A stretch of 53,563 nt of DNA from Trichomonas gallinae (taxonomy: Eukaryota), in contig MRSU01011077.1 of NCBI GenBank assembly GCA_008369845.1, positions 1-53,563 on the forward strand, written 5' to 3'. This document shows, piece after piece, positions 1 to 10,871 of the stretch. The translations under genes were made by a program, and so were the position numbers. Under the pieces are notes generated by a model. That model saw only the letters and a program-made list of their open reading frames with translations. It did not search any database and was not told the DNA's origin. Position 1 is the first letter of the stretch, and every line of letters begins with the position of its first letter.

Positions 1-150
1 GTCGCCCCAGAACTCATCGCTGAGTTCGATCAGGGTCGTCTCCTCGCTGTCATCACATCCCGCCCAGGTCAGTGCGGCCGTGCTGATGGCTACATCCTTG
101 AGGGTGAGGAACTCGCTTTCTACTCCGAGAAGATTGCCAAGAAGAAATAA
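1..150 (+). CDS. RPS8: 40S ribosomal protein S8 (eS8), 3' end; truncated by the window edge
   Basis: Frame 1 reads [49 protein letters not shown], containing the eS8 signature [16 protein letters not shown]. Codons are strongly C-ending. TAA at 148-150 forms TAAA. Confidence 0.97.
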   Translation, partial: VAPELIAEFDQGRLLAVITSRPGQCGRADGYILEGEELAFYSEKIAKKK

Positions 151-476
151 ATAATATCAGTTTACTGATCTATTAGAGGAAATAAACATTTTTTTCTTCC
201 AACTATCACTGTTTAAAGATAACTCAAGCCCAAATATTTTAATAATAAATTTAAAAATTTGGAAATTCAAACAGTTCGAATTTTTTATACTTATGAATGA
301 TTATTGCTCCAGTCATTAGTGATTTCTGTCAAAGCGTTGTTGTTTATATTTGAATTCATAAAAAAAAGAATCAAGATATATAAGTTATGCAAAGAATGTG
401 TGGAATTTTATATGAACTAAAGTTAGAATATATTTAGACGAAAGAATTAAGAAGAAAGATAGCTATATAAAAATAA

Positions 477-1082
477 TTAACATGAGCAACCCTTCTTTTG
501 TGGCTCATCCTGGTCGAAAAAGATACTATCGGATGGGGGTGGTATAGCCAACTGGCCGTTTAACGATTTCTTATCGATAATATCGAGGCAAGCATTAACA
601 GCAGCAGAAACGTTTGTTCCTGTCTTTGCAGAAGTCTCGAAGTAAATCATTCCATTTGCTTTAGCGAATTCTGAAGCCTCTTCAGAGGTAATTTCTCGTT
701 GTGATTCTAAATCATTTTTGTTTCCAATCAAAATTTTGATGATATCATTCTTGGCAACTTCTGTGATATCATGTAACCATCTTGAGATGTTTTCGAAGCT
801 AATTCTTGATGTTAAATCGAAAACAAGGAACGCACCGGCAGAACCTCTATAGTATCCACGAGTAACAGAACGGAAGAGCTCTTGACCAGCTGTATCCCAC
901 AACTGAAGTTCGATTCTGTGATTTGCTGTTTGTACGATTTTTGTCATAAATTCGACACCTAAAGTTGGCTGAGATGTTTCATCGAACACATCGCGGATGA
1001 ACCTAAGAAGAAGACAGGTCTTGCCGACGCCAGAGTCGCCGACAACGATCGTCTTCACAGAGAAATCGAAATTCCGCATCAT
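477..1082 (-). CDS. Rab family small GTPase (Rab2/4/14-like)
   Basis: GDSGVGKT, WDTAGQE, GNKND, ETSAK, RSVTRGYYRG and C-terminal CSC prenylation motif. The ORF track starts at TTG; the first ATG is at 1082, downstream of AAAGTGAC. Confidence 0.95.
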   Translation of the reverse strand: MMRNFDFSVKTIVVGDSGVGKTCLLLRFIRDVFDETSQPTLGVEFMTKIVQTANHRIELQLWDTAGQELFRSVTRGYYRGSAGAFLVFDLTSRISFENISRWLHDITEVAKNDIIKILIGNKNDLESQREITSEEASEFAKANGMIYFETSAKTGTNVSAAVNACLDIIDKKSLNGQLAIPPPSDSIFFDQDEPQKKGCSC

Positions 1083-1096
1083 TTTCCTCTCCAAGT

Positions 1097-1104
1097 GTCA
1101 CTTT
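1097..1104 (-). promoter_or_regulatory. AAAGTGAC element (Trichomonas motif-2 type) upstream of the Rab gene
   Basis: GTCACTTT on +, about 15 nt upstream of the ATG; the same element precedes several other ATGs in the window. Confidence 0.65.
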
Positions 1105-2228
1105 TTGTAAATTTTGTCATTTCAAAAAAAAGTGAACTTTTTTTTTCATTATTGGCTGAAGCTAATTCGAATTTGGTTAGAGTTCTCACTTATATCAGAT
1201 CAATATAGTATCATTACAATTTCAAACTTAATAACAGAATTATCATACATTATTGATGGTAAATAGAACTAAAATATCATACAACTAAAAGATATCTAGG
1301 TGGTTGTATGGTAAATATTAGTTCTAATACTAGAATGCAAAATAATTTTATTATTACACGCGTATTAAACGTTTGATACATTTTTGATATTAAATATATC
1401 CTTTTCTTCCAATATATATTATATTTCTTCATGAGAAAAAGCCTAAAGTTCATTATTAGTCGTATTGAATTTCATTAGTTCTCATTTTGACATTTTGGAA
1501 GGAATATTTTGATTTTTGGGTCAAGTTCTATTCTGTTCACTGTTTCCAACAAAGATTCAATACTAATGGCGAAATTGAATAAATTTAAACGCTTCAAAAA
1601 AGAATTTTAACACGATAATTATATGTAGATCAATCACACTATAGCAAATAATGGTTAATTTCATGTCTCATGACAATAAAAAAGAATCGTGTATTTATTT
1701 ATGTAATAATACCACACACACAGACATGAGTGGCTACATACTGTTTTATTTCTCTAATAGAGTCGCATAAAACAAAAACGTTTGGTCACACTGATTTATT
1801 TTTTATTTAAATATCATATATTAAGCAAGAATTGGAATACATATCCAACACAAAAGAAAAATAGGTGTATAATTTTAAACTGGAAAATAAAAATCCGAAA
1901 CTACGGTTTAACTTTTGAGGAAAAAAAAATAAAATGTCATTTTATTTTGCCGATTAAAGTTAGCGTATTTGTAGATTATAATAATGAAATCTTATTTTTT
2001 GAAATTGAAATTTTAGGTTAAACGTTTCATTCAACGGTTTTAGTCCAATAATGATATAATTCTTTTCTTTATTATTAACTATTTCGTTTTTCATCTATAA
2101 TAATTTTATTCATTTGAATAAAATATTTGAATGGTCTTAACTTCATTCTTGTGAGAAATATTGAGGATATCAATTATAGATGGGAAAAAATATATAAGTT
2201 TGATGAAAGGATAAAAAAATTGTGAGCA

Positions 2229-2238
2229 TCACTTCATT
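2229..2238 (+). promoter_or_regulatory. Tandem initiator (Inr) elements TCACT-TCATT
   Basis: Match to the trichomonad Inr TCAY(T/A), 8-18 nt upstream of ATG 2247. Confidence 0.75.
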
Positions 2239-2246
2239 TTCTATTA

Positions 2247-3263
2247 ATGTTGCGAAATATCCTTGCAACTAGAATTATTAAAGAAGATTCAGTAATTCAG
2301 CCATCCTATACTGAAATTAAAACTGTATCAGTCGCCAAAGGCGGAAGTTTTAAAGTCAATGGTTCTCATTTTATTGCCTGCAGCTCCACTGATTCTGTGG
2401 ATATTAAGAACCCGGCTAATGGAAAAACTAAAACATATAGGAATCCATTTTATGTTCAACTTCCTTGGCCAACAAATAGCGATGACATTGGAAAATATGA
2501 AGCTAGTGAACAGATATTTACCCATACCTGCCCAGACGCTGAATGCAAATGTCAGATTATCAAAGCCATGGAGGCTGGTTACTTTAGAGGCAAAGTCGAA
2601 GAAATAAAAATCACAAAGGCTGCTCAGAACATTTTTACCACCAAGTCTGAATTTACAATTGAAGCCAACTACCAAGCAACAATGGATGAAAATTCTGCTA
2701 CAACTTTCGAAAATAACGTAATAATCGTGAACCCAGACACACTTCAAGTTAGTGTTAAGTCAAACACTGAGGAATGGCCTTACTTTATTGCTGATGAACC
2801 CGTAATGGGCAATTTCAACACATCAGGAAAACTTATTAGAGTTGGAGCAAATCAAGATGCCATGGCCGAATATATCAATATACAGGGAAGAGAAGCTCAA
2901 GACGAAAAACAAGAAATAAAGCAGACTTTAACTATCGAAGGAAAGAAAACTGCCACATCAAGTGCCGATGAATCTAATGATTTCCTTTTCCCAAAGGATA
3001 AAATCTTTTACCTTAACTCTGGCGAAACACAGACACAAGAAGAAGCATCGGAGAACAAGGAAGCTAAATCTGCAGATGATCTTAAACCTGGCCTCAGCGC
3101 TGGTGCAATCGCTGGTATTGTCATTGCTGTCATTGTCGTTGTTGCTATCATTGCATTCCTCATTTATTGGTTCGTTTGCCGCAAAGGCAGCAAGAGTGAT
3201 AAGAGTTCATCTTCTGGTAAGAAACAAGATGATGTTGATAGTGGAAGTGGTGTCAATGCATAA
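2247..3263 (+). CDS. Single-pass membrane/surface protein of unknown function
   Basis: 338 aa; C-terminal TM helix GLSAGAIAGIVIAVIVVVAIIAFLIYWFVC followed by a basic, Ser-rich tail; Inr upstream; stop in TAAA. Confidence 0.85.
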   Translation: MLRNILATRIIKEDSVIQPSYTEIKTVSVAKGGSFKVNGSHFIACSSTDSVDIKNPANGKTKTYRNPFYVQLPWPTNSDDIGKYEASEQIFTHTCPDAECKCQIIKAMEAGYFRGKVEEIKITKAAQNIFTTKSEFTIEANYQATMDENSATTFENNVIIVNPDTLQVSVKSNTEEWPYFIADEPVMGNFNTSGKLIRVGANQDAMAEYINIQGREAQDEKQEIKQTLTIEGKKTATSSADESNDFLFPKDKIFYLNSGETQTQEEASENKEAKSADDLKPGLSAGAIAGIVIAVIVVVAIIAFLIYWFVCRKGSKSDKSSSSGKKQDDVDSGSGVNA

Positions 3264-3580
3264 AAAAATAATTTCAGAACAATTATTATTTATTTTGCTG
3301 TACAATAAATTTTGCATTAACAAGGCAACTATTGAGATTTATATTCTCTTAACTTTTATTAGAGTTTTTATAGAATTCATTTTAAAAACTAGAAATACAC
3401 ACCAGAAACTTATTAGATTTCGTTTAAAAAATGATGTTTTTGTAAAAAAGAAAAATAAGAATTATTAAATTTTCGATTTTGAAAGACAAATACGCTTTCA
3501 CTGCATTTTTTTACATACGTATTAACATTTTTTGTGCTTCTAATGTCATATTTTAACATTGTCGCAAATCGTTTTTCTTG

Positions 3581-6367
3581 ATGAGCATTGACCTTGCTCG
3601 TCAGTTCAATGTTTCGAAAAAAACAGCAAAACTGAACCATGCAATACTCGAATTCCAATTCCGCATTGAGCAAATCAGGTTTCAAAAAGAAATTTTATTT
3701 CGAATCACAGATGAGATGCTTTTTGAAGCATCTTCTCGCTATATTTGCACCATACATTCACTAAATAACGAATGTGAGGGTCTTTTTATTGAACATTCCC
3801 AAGAAAATCGATCGAAATTTCAGAATTTATTTGATTCTCTAGCAAATAATTACAAAATATCATCGAAAACCATATCAGATAACTTAGAATCATATATAAA
3901 AACTGCTTCACTAACTATAAAGTCATTAAATGAATCAATTCCAACAAACATTTTAACTAAAACCGAATTTAAAGAAAAAATGAATACTCTGATCTGTTGC
4001 TTCAAGCAAAATCTGGAAAATAATGTAAATGATTTAAAGAAAAACTATGAAACTGAGTCCGAACATCTGAAACACGAAAATGATAAAAGAGTTCAACTAT
4101 TTAAAGCGAATTCTCGTGAGAAGTCTGAGCAACTACGTGTTGACCATGCAATTGCAATGGATAAACTAAGAAAACAGGCTCCAAAATTCGAAATTCCTGA
4201 ATCTTACTTAAAATCTCTTCAAAACTACAAAGAACTTGTTCAAAACTACAAATTACAACTCTTTAGGCTAGCTGATGATGTTGTTATGCTTAAATCTAGA
4301 TTTTCCCTTTATTTTAGCCAAAGGAAAGCATTTTATCAAGAAATAATGAAAAGAGTAATAGTTACCAACGATCACTCAGCCGAAATCAGCGAGCTGCAGC
4401 TTAGACTTAAGCATGATAGTAATACATATCAAATTCTCGAAGAAAATAATTTGCATGATCTTAATATGAAGAAAAACTCGTTTAGTTCGATTATTCAGCG
4501 AATGAACAATGAATATCAAAAGCAATTAAATGAATATCAGCATGAAATCAGCTCAATTGCCAGTTCTCAAGCATTTTTGAGTTCTGATTTGGAGATTGCA
4601 TTAAAAGAAATCAAAGACGAGTTATCCGCAGAGAAATCAGAGCTTTTGTCTAATATTGATACCGAGAAAAAACAAATTACTTCTCGACTTGATGAAATTT
4701 CAAAAAATCAAATCGAATATTCTAAAAAAGCAAAATCCGAAAGAAAGACACTGAAAAGAATTTTATCTAATGAAAAGAAAGCTCACAAATCCGAAATAGA
4801 CGCAAAAACGATTGATTTAAAAAATGAATTATTAAAACAACAAAAAATCATCAATGATGCTGAGGATTCGCTTAGAAACAGCATCAAAGCAATAAGAAGC
4901 AGTAGCAATGCGGCGAATTCGTCGCATTTGAAAATCCTTGAATCATTGAAAAAAGAAAAACAAGAAAAAACAAACGAAAAAAATAACAACTTGAACATAT
5001 TTGATAGTTACACGAACAAAATAATCGAAAACATGAAAGTGCAGCATCAAATCGAGGAGTTTGACGTGATAAGCAGATGCAACCAAGAATACAAAAGAAT
5101 TTTAGCAGAAAATCAAGAAAAAATTCGTATAATTAATGAAAATAACAAAAATGCTGAAAAAAACTTTCTAAAGCAAAAATATAATGAATACCATTCATCG
5201 ATAAACGAGATAAGATCGTCGGCATCTAGTAATGATGATTTTTCAAATTCATACAAAATACAATATACGAATTTGAAAAATGATTTGTCGAAAATACAAA
5301 TAAATGATATCAAGAAAGAAAAAGAATATGCAAGATTAAACGAAAAAATGGAGAGACACGAAAAGATGGTAAATGATTATAAAAATAACATAACTTCAGA
5401 AAGAAATCTCATTTTACGATTTTATGAAAACCAAATCCAAAATGAAACAAAGAATTTTGTTCGTCCTAAAACTTCTGGAAGGGCTCGCGACCAGGTCAAG
5501 ATGTCATTGGTGAACAAAATAGAAACAGTAAGAAATGAAATCGAAAATGAGGTTTCATTATATTCATCGAAGCTTGAAGAATTGGAAAAATCATTTATCG
5601 AGAAAACTAGCAAACTAGAAAGTCAAAGAATTAGTTTAGAACATAATACTTTAGCCAATAAATACGAAAGTGACTTATTGGAAAGCGTCAATATGATAGA
5701 AACAATGAGAACTAAATCAAAAGCAGAAATTGATGAATTTAATCAAAGAATTATAGACGAAAAAGAGAAAATTAGAAGAACAATTGAACAGCTTAATGTG
5801 GCTGTTAATATTAAATATACAGATGTAGAAGAACTTAATGCAAATCTAATGCAAACAGTTAAAGAGAATTCTGAAGCTTTCGAGCAGATGAAAAACGCTT
5901 TGAAAGCAAGCATCGACAACACTCTCGATAGATGCGGTGCTGAGTCTTCAACTGTCCAAAAACGTATTGATTTAATTATATCTAAATTAACTATGTCCAA
6001 ATACAGAAGCAATGATACTTTCAGAAGGAATGAAATTGAACAAAACTCTTTGATACGCGAAATAATGAGAAGGCTTGAAGAAGAATCGCGAAGACTTCTC
6101 GAACAAGGCCAGAAGAGACTAAATGACTTGGATGAGAGAAAACTTTATCTTGAATCTCAATTGAAAGATCTATCCACATCCTTTGATGTCACCCAGCCAA
6201 GGAAATGCGATTTAGATAAAATTCAACAACTGCGCGAAACTTTGAAGAGCAAAACAAACATGATCAAGATATTGATGAAAGAATTTTCGCAGTACAAATC
6301 CCTTATAGAGAAGCAGGAAAAAGACTTTAATTCTAGATTTGGATTAAATCTCAAAGCTCTTGTTTGA
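3581..6367 (+). CDS. Long coiled-coil protein, FAM184-like
   Basis: 928 aa E/K/Q/L-rich heptads. The N-terminal VSKKTAKLNHAI and C-terminal PRKCDLDKIQQL...EKDFNSRFG resemble the conserved ends of FAM184A/B. ATG at 3581 follows the TTG used by the track. Confidence 0.75.
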   Translation: MSIDLARQFNVSKKTAKLNHAILEFQFRIEQIRFQKEILFRITDEMLFEASSRYICTIHSLNNECEGLFIEHSQENRSKFQNLFDSLANNYKISSKTISDNLESYIKTASLTIKSLNESIPTNILTKTEFKEKMNTLICCFKQNLENNVNDLKKNYETESEHLKHENDKRVQLFKANSREKSEQLRVDHAIAMDKLRKQAPKFEIPESYLKSLQNYKELVQNYKLQLFRLADDVVMLKSRFSLYFSQRKAFYQEIMKRVIVTNDHSAEISELQLRLKHDSNTYQILEENNLHDLNMKKNSFSSIIQRMNNEYQKQLNEYQHEISSIASSQAFLSSDLEIALKEIKDELSAEKSELLSNIDTEKKQITSRLDEISKNQIEYSKKAKSERKTLKRILSNEKKAHKSEIDAKTIDLKNELLKQQKIINDAEDSLRNSIKAIRSSSNAANSSHLKILESLKKEKQEKTNEKNNNLNIFDSYTNKIIENMKVQHQIEEFDVISRCNQEYKRILAENQEKIRIINENNKNAEKNFLKQKYNEYHSSINEIRSSASSNDDFSNSYKIQYTNLKNDLSKIQINDIKKEKEYARLNEKMERHEKMVNDYKNNITSERNLILRFYENQIQNETKNFVRPKTSGRARDQVKMSLVNKIETVRNEIENEVSLYSSKLEELEKSFIEKTSKLESQRISLEHNTLANKYESDLLESVNMIETMRTKSKAEIDEFNQRIIDEKEKIRRTIEQLNVAVNIKYTDVEELNANLMQTVKENSEAFEQMKNALKASIDNTLDRCGAESSTVQKRIDLIISKLTMSKYRSNDTFRRNEIEQNSLIREIMRRLEEESRRLLEQGQKRLNDLDERKLYLESQLKDLSTSFDVTQPRKCDLDKIQQLRETLKSKTNMIKILMKEFSQYKSLIEKQEKDFNSRFGLNLKALV

Positions 6368-6818
6368 TTTGTTTATCTCTAACAGAAGAATAATCCAATG
6401 ATGTTAGTAATAATGATAAAAATATTAATGTTCATTAGCGAAAAGAGCTACAAATTCTCTTATAATAATAACTCCTACAAATTAGCTAAGAAAATTCCCA
6501 AAAGACAAAATCATTTTTCTTTATCTCCGACGTATTTTAAGCACAAGGAATTGCAGCGAAAAACAATGATTTGTAATATTAAAATAAACTATGTTTCATC
6601 ATGAATTTTTAATCATTCATTTTTATTTCTAGTATCATATTTTTAAAAAGATACAACTTAGAACACTTTATCATCAGATACTACACACTAATGTTTCATT
6701 TTAATTATAATATTTTGTGTTTTATTTCATTTATATAAATATAATCTATAGATGTTATATTTCAGAACATAAAAAAATGATGCAAGCAATTAATGATAAT
6801 AAAAAATTCTAAAATACT

Positions 6819-9278
6819 TTATTTGAAGTTAAGTTTGTCGAGGAGTTGTGCTGCAACTCCTTCTGCGTTATCGTGGCTCAGCGCATCAGCAAACAGGTTA
6901 ATGATTCCGCCCTCTGGGTCTGACTCTATTATCTCCTGCACTGCCTGTGGATTAATTGTTGCCATCGCGACAACAAGCTTGAGAACTTCGTCACGCGATG
7001 GTTTAAACAGTGGTGGGAAGTTCGAGAAATAAACAACAATGTCAGCGCCAATATCGAATAATCCGGCAGCCTGGTCAGGAGGAATGTTCTTGTATGTTGT
7101 TGACATAATTCTCGCGAGATAAGTTGCGATGATTTCTGCCTCGCCTTGATCGTTGTGTGCTTCGACATTCAAAGTTGTCGCGAAAATCTTGATTTGTGGC
7201 ATGATTGTTTCCAGTCCTGCCGCTATGTCGCCGAATGACTTCTCGGCTATAGTCGCCAGCAAGTTCAAGAAAGCGAAACGGTTGTTAGGCAGAGTATCGA
7301 AATTCTGTAGATATGATATCATTACTGTGATGAATCTTGAGATGTCGCCGATCTCGAAATCAGACTTAATGAGCATGTCCAGCGCGAATGTTGCATTGTA
7401 GAGTGTGTCTGGGTCCTGCTCAGCTGGAGAAATTTCAAATATCTGAAGGTACAACTGTACTGTGTCCGCCAGATAGTTGCCGAAGTTTTGCGGGCCGATT
7501 GCTCTAGCAACGGCAGCCAATGGCAGCAAAGCGTCTTTGGCAACATCACCACCTGCCTGCAATGCCTCGACGAGCTTCGATATCAGCTCCTCTGAGTGCT
7601 GCAAGATCAAATTCGCATATTCTTTCCTGTAGCAGTAAACTTGAATCGTTTCCGCGAGTTCGTGCGCGTGCCAGAGGCTTCCTTCAGACGAAATTGCTTG
7701 CACGTAGATGTTGACTAAATCAGCGAAGAATTTAGCGCACGCTTCTGCATTTCCGTATTGTATAATATCATTCAAGACGTCAAATGGGTTCTTATAGAAG
7801 TTCTCTGAAATGGAAACGGCGAACTCTATGATAGTCTGCAAGATTTCTTCAGTGTGCTGGAATTCAGCGACGTTGCATAAAACCTGCATCAGTTGTGCGG
7901 CTTCTGAAGCGACGAAAATCTGCTCGTCGCCTATTAACTGTGCGAACTCTGTTGCCTTGTTGACGAGATCCAAGACTGAAGCCTTGAAAGCTGCATCTGT
8001 TTGGAAATTCTGTGATTTTGTCAATGTTTCGAGTCCTTTCCTGATGCAATGCAAAGCTCTCTGCCTGATGCATGGTGCTTCATTGGAAACAAGCTCTGTT
8101 AACGCGTCTAAATACTTTAATGAAAATGTAACATCTGTTGTATTGCAAATAGTCATAGAAAGGAGCTTCAGAGCGACATCAACATCTGCGAAGTTTTCAC
8201 TTCCCATGCCTCCGTTGATAAAGTTCTCTAAAATCGGTATAATATTATCGCAATTTACGCTGATGACGGATTTGATCGCTTTAAAAGCAGCAATAGGAGG
8301 TGTCCACTGATCAGGTGTGATACACTCAGGCGTGTCGATTTTTGACATGATATTGACAAGAGATGCGACAATTAATTCTGATAATTGGCTGATTGTCTCC
8401 ATTTGCCACTCTCTGTCGTTCAATTCGAGCGTAGCGATAGCATTTATGAGCATGCAGCCCTGCATGAGTGTGTCTGGGTCCTGGCTGCTCTCTAGAGCGC
8501 TGCATGTTAAAGTTACAAGTGGTTCTGAAAGAGTTGCAACGAAAGAAGGTGTCAGCTCTGCGAGTCTGTTCCAGCAGGTTAGAGAGGCCTTGACTGATGA
8601 CTCTTTCTCGAGCAAAGCGATGAGAACACTGGCGACAGCGTCTGGAATTTCAGGTGAATTAAATAATGAGTCAATAGATTCGATCATTGCGATAATTGTA
8701 TCGAGGACGACGATTGATTGCGCTAAATCCTTGGATTCTTCGAATTTTTCTAGTACATTGTATATGAGTTTTTCGATTTCTTCGTCAGATGGATCGTAAC
8801 CAATGAGAATGATATTTATTGCTTGGCAAACAGGACTCATATCATGAGCAAACTGTGCCTGTTGTAGTAAATCTGATAATCTGTTGAGAATTGAGTTTTC
8901 GAAATTTCTATGAACGTATAAACTGCCAATTTTTCCTAAAAGGACAGCTGGATAGTGTCTGTATTGTGGGTCCATTGTTGTAATAAGCACAAAACACAAT
9001 TCTATTAATTCCGAAACGACTTGATCTGTGTAGACGTTGAAAGGATGCAATTCCTCCTGTTCAGGCAACTTAGAAACATCATCTGGGAAGTATCTGCCCG
9101 CAATAACGCATGCATTTACTTTTAATTTTGGAGATATTGATTCGTTTCTGAGAATATTGATGATACTCGACATAAAAACGACCGGATTCTCGTTGTGTAG
9201 TCTGTTTAGCTCTGACTCAGACTGCGCAATTTGTTCACTGCCGAGTTGGCCAAAGAGAGCTACAAGAATTTCCTCCAT
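6819..9278 (-). CDS. Importin-beta/karyopherin-like HEAT-repeat protein
   Basis: Acidic all-helical ~819 aa protein; the N-terminus (AQSESELNRLHNENPVVFMSSIINIL) fits an importin-beta N-terminal domain. Start moved to ATG 9278, directly after AAAAGTGACA. Confidence 0.75.
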   Translation of the reverse strand: MEEILVALFGQLGSEQIAQSESELNRLHNENPVVFMSSIINILRNESISPKLKVNACVIAGRYFPDDVSKLPEQEELHPFNVYTDQVVSELIELCFVLITTMDPQYRHYPAVLLGKIGSLYVHRNFENSILNRLSDLLQQAQFAHDMSPVCQAINIILIGYDPSDEEIEKLIYNVLEKFEESKDLAQSIVVLDTIIAMIESIDSLFNSPEIPDAVASVLIALLEKESSVKASLTCWNRLAELTPSFVATLSEPLVTLTCSALESSQDPDTLMQGCMLINAIATLELNDREWQMETISQLSELIVASLVNIMSKIDTPECITPDQWTPPIAAFKAIKSVISVNCDNIIPILENFINGGMGSENFADVDVALKLLSMTICNTTDVTFSLKYLDALTELVSNEAPCIRQRALHCIRKGLETLTKSQNFQTDAAFKASVLDLVNKATEFAQLIGDEQIFVASEAAQLMQVLCNVAEFQHTEEILQTIIEFAVSISENFYKNPFDVLNDIIQYGNAEACAKFFADLVNIYVQAISSEGSLWHAHELAETIQVYCYRKEYANLILQHSEELISKLVEALQAGGDVAKDALLPLAAVARAIGPQNFGNYLADTVQLYLQIFEISPAEQDPDTLYNATFALDMLIKSDFEIGDISRFITVMISYLQNFDTLPNNRFAFLNLLATIAEKSFGDIAAGLETIMPQIKIFATTLNVEAHNDQGEAEIIATYLARIMSTTYKNIPPDQAAGLFDIGADIVVYFSNFPPLFKPSRDEVLKLVVAMATINPQAVQEIIESDPEGGIINLFADALSHDNAEGVAAQLLDKLNFK

Positions 9279-9369
9279 TGTCACTTTTAAAAATCTAGAA
9301 GTACACAAATTATTTTTTTAGCAGAAAAATCTTTTTTCGAATTTTTCGTATTTTTAGATATTTTATAAT

Positions 9370-9745
9370 ATATAGATTCTAAATATTATAAAATTATTGT
9401 ATAACTTTAGTCAAATTTATTTGTCATGTAAAATTTTGGTTGTCAAAATAAAAAATATGTCAAATATGTCGTTTTTGATATTTTTCTTATTTTTGGTTTC
9501 TTATAAATGTAAAACTTCGAAATATCATGAATTTATTGCGTATCTCAAGTCAATTTTATTTTGACATGTAAATTTTTGGTTGTCAAAAATATATATTTTT
9601 TGATAGTTTGGTTTTGATTATTTCAGAATAAATAGACTCTAAATAACATAAGTTTGCTACTTAACTTAGGTTAAAATTATTTTGACATGTAAATTTTATT
9701 TGGCAAAATTAAAACGTTCATTTTGATTTTTGACATGTAAATTAT
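9370..9745. repeat. Degenerate tandem repeat, about 3.5 copies of a 120-140 bp unit, in a divergent promoter
   Basis: Core AAATTTTATTT(T)TG(A/T)CATGTAAA(A)TTTT(T)GGTTGTCAAAA recurs near 9410-9449, 9549-9589 and 9670-9709, with a partial copy at 9727-9745. Confidence 0.75.
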
Positions 9746-10043
9746 TTTCTGATTATTTTGCCATAATTTTTATTTTCTAGTAATTTTATAATATGTAGAT
9801 CTCATTTGTTGAAAATAATATGAAAAAATATTTTTGTTATGTAAAATATATAAAATGCCATGTAAAAATATTTCCGTTTACATTTAAATTTTGAATTGAT
9901 AATAATCGTAAATAAAAATGAAAAATGATGTATTACAAAACTAGGTTGAAATATGAATTTGCTCAATTTGTCACTTTTCGGTGAATCTGCAAAAATTCTT
10001 TACAAATGACATAAAAAAAAATAAAAAAAAATAATAATTCAAA

Positions 10044-10871
10044 ATGTCCGAAGTTGACACAATCAAAGCCTTAAGAGCTCGTCTCCAAGAGGCCATTAAC
10101 GCGTGCAAGTTCAATGAGGCCAAGAAAATTGACATGCAGATTAAATATCTTCAGGAAGTACAGAAAGATAACAAATCTTATAGTTCAATGAGGGCAAATC
10201 AGAATAACTATGACAAAGTGAAAGCCAAATGTGAGAGTGATGCCATCAACTGTTTCAATGAGGCTCAAAATGAAATCTCAAACCACAGGCAAAATTACCA
10301 AAACAAATTAATTGATATAAAAGATCATTACGCGATCAAAATCGAAATAGTTGAAGTGGAACACTCTAGAGAATATTCTCTTTGCACTGCTAGATCCATT
10401 CCTCAGGCAGATGCGCTCAAAAAAGGTGCTCAAGCCCTCGCAAGGGAAAGAAACTATGATGTTGCTGAAGTATTGTATTCTGAGTCAGAAATCAAGCGTC
10501 AAACCACACTTGAAGAGATGCAAGCCGCTTGCGATAAAAAATATGACGATTTAAGAAGGAAAGTTTTCGAAAAGCAAGCATCAGACGAGCAAGTTGCTTT
10601 ACGTTACTTACAACGCGATCTTCATAATGTCGATAAAAAATATCAAGCAAATATCAAAAAGCTTAAAAATACTCTCAAAGCTGCAGCAGTTAAATACCAC
10701 ATCCCAGATAGCACCGATGACTCAGCAATTTTCCCGGTTCTCGTAATCGACGAAATCAAAGGAATCATATTTACTCCGCCAGTCACACCAGATTCAAACA
10801 AGACACCAAAGTCAACAAAGATACTTTCAAGGACTTCAATTTCTGTCTCTCCTTCAGTATCAAAGAAATGA
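10044..10871 (+). CDS. Hypothetical coiled-coil protein
   Basis: 275 aa helical A/E/K/Q-rich ORF with a S/T/P/K tail; CAAAATG start context. Confidence 0.8.
   Translation: MSEVDTIKALRARLQEAINACKFNEAKKIDMQIKYLQEVQKDNKSYSSMRANQNNYDKVKAKCESDAINCFNEAQNEISNHRQNYQNKLIDIKDHYAIKIEIVEVEHSREYSLCTARSIPQADALKKGAQALARERNYDVAEVLYSESEIKRQTTLEEMQAACDKKYDDLRRKVFEKQASDEQVALRYLQRDLHNVDKKYQANIKKLKNTLKAAAVKYHIPDSTDDSAIFPVLVIDEIKGIIFTPPVTPDSNKTPKSTKILSRTSISVSPSVSKK

Noticed and set aside
292..360. C/D snoRNA-like stretch with a TATGAAT/ATTCATA terminal stem
   Set aside because: The C box is imperfect, there is no CTGA D box, and no rRNA guide could be identified.
1782..2021. Short AT-rich ORFs (also 2962-3468, 23439-23621, 24584-24853, 46308-46517)
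   Set aside because: I/K/F/N-rich composition typical of intergenic DNA, mostly non-ATG starts.
6362..6385. Possible 24-nt intron (GTTTGA...CTAACAG) that would remove the stop of the FAM184-like gene and join ORF 6398-6604
   Set aside because: The branch-point spacing does not fit the trichomonad intron consensus as I recall it, the added peptide looks non-coding, and the gene already ends at the family-like C-terminus.
9370..9745. Repeat-spacer pattern as a CRISPR-like array
   Set aside because: Eukaryotic context, degenerate repeats, homologous spacers and no cas genes.
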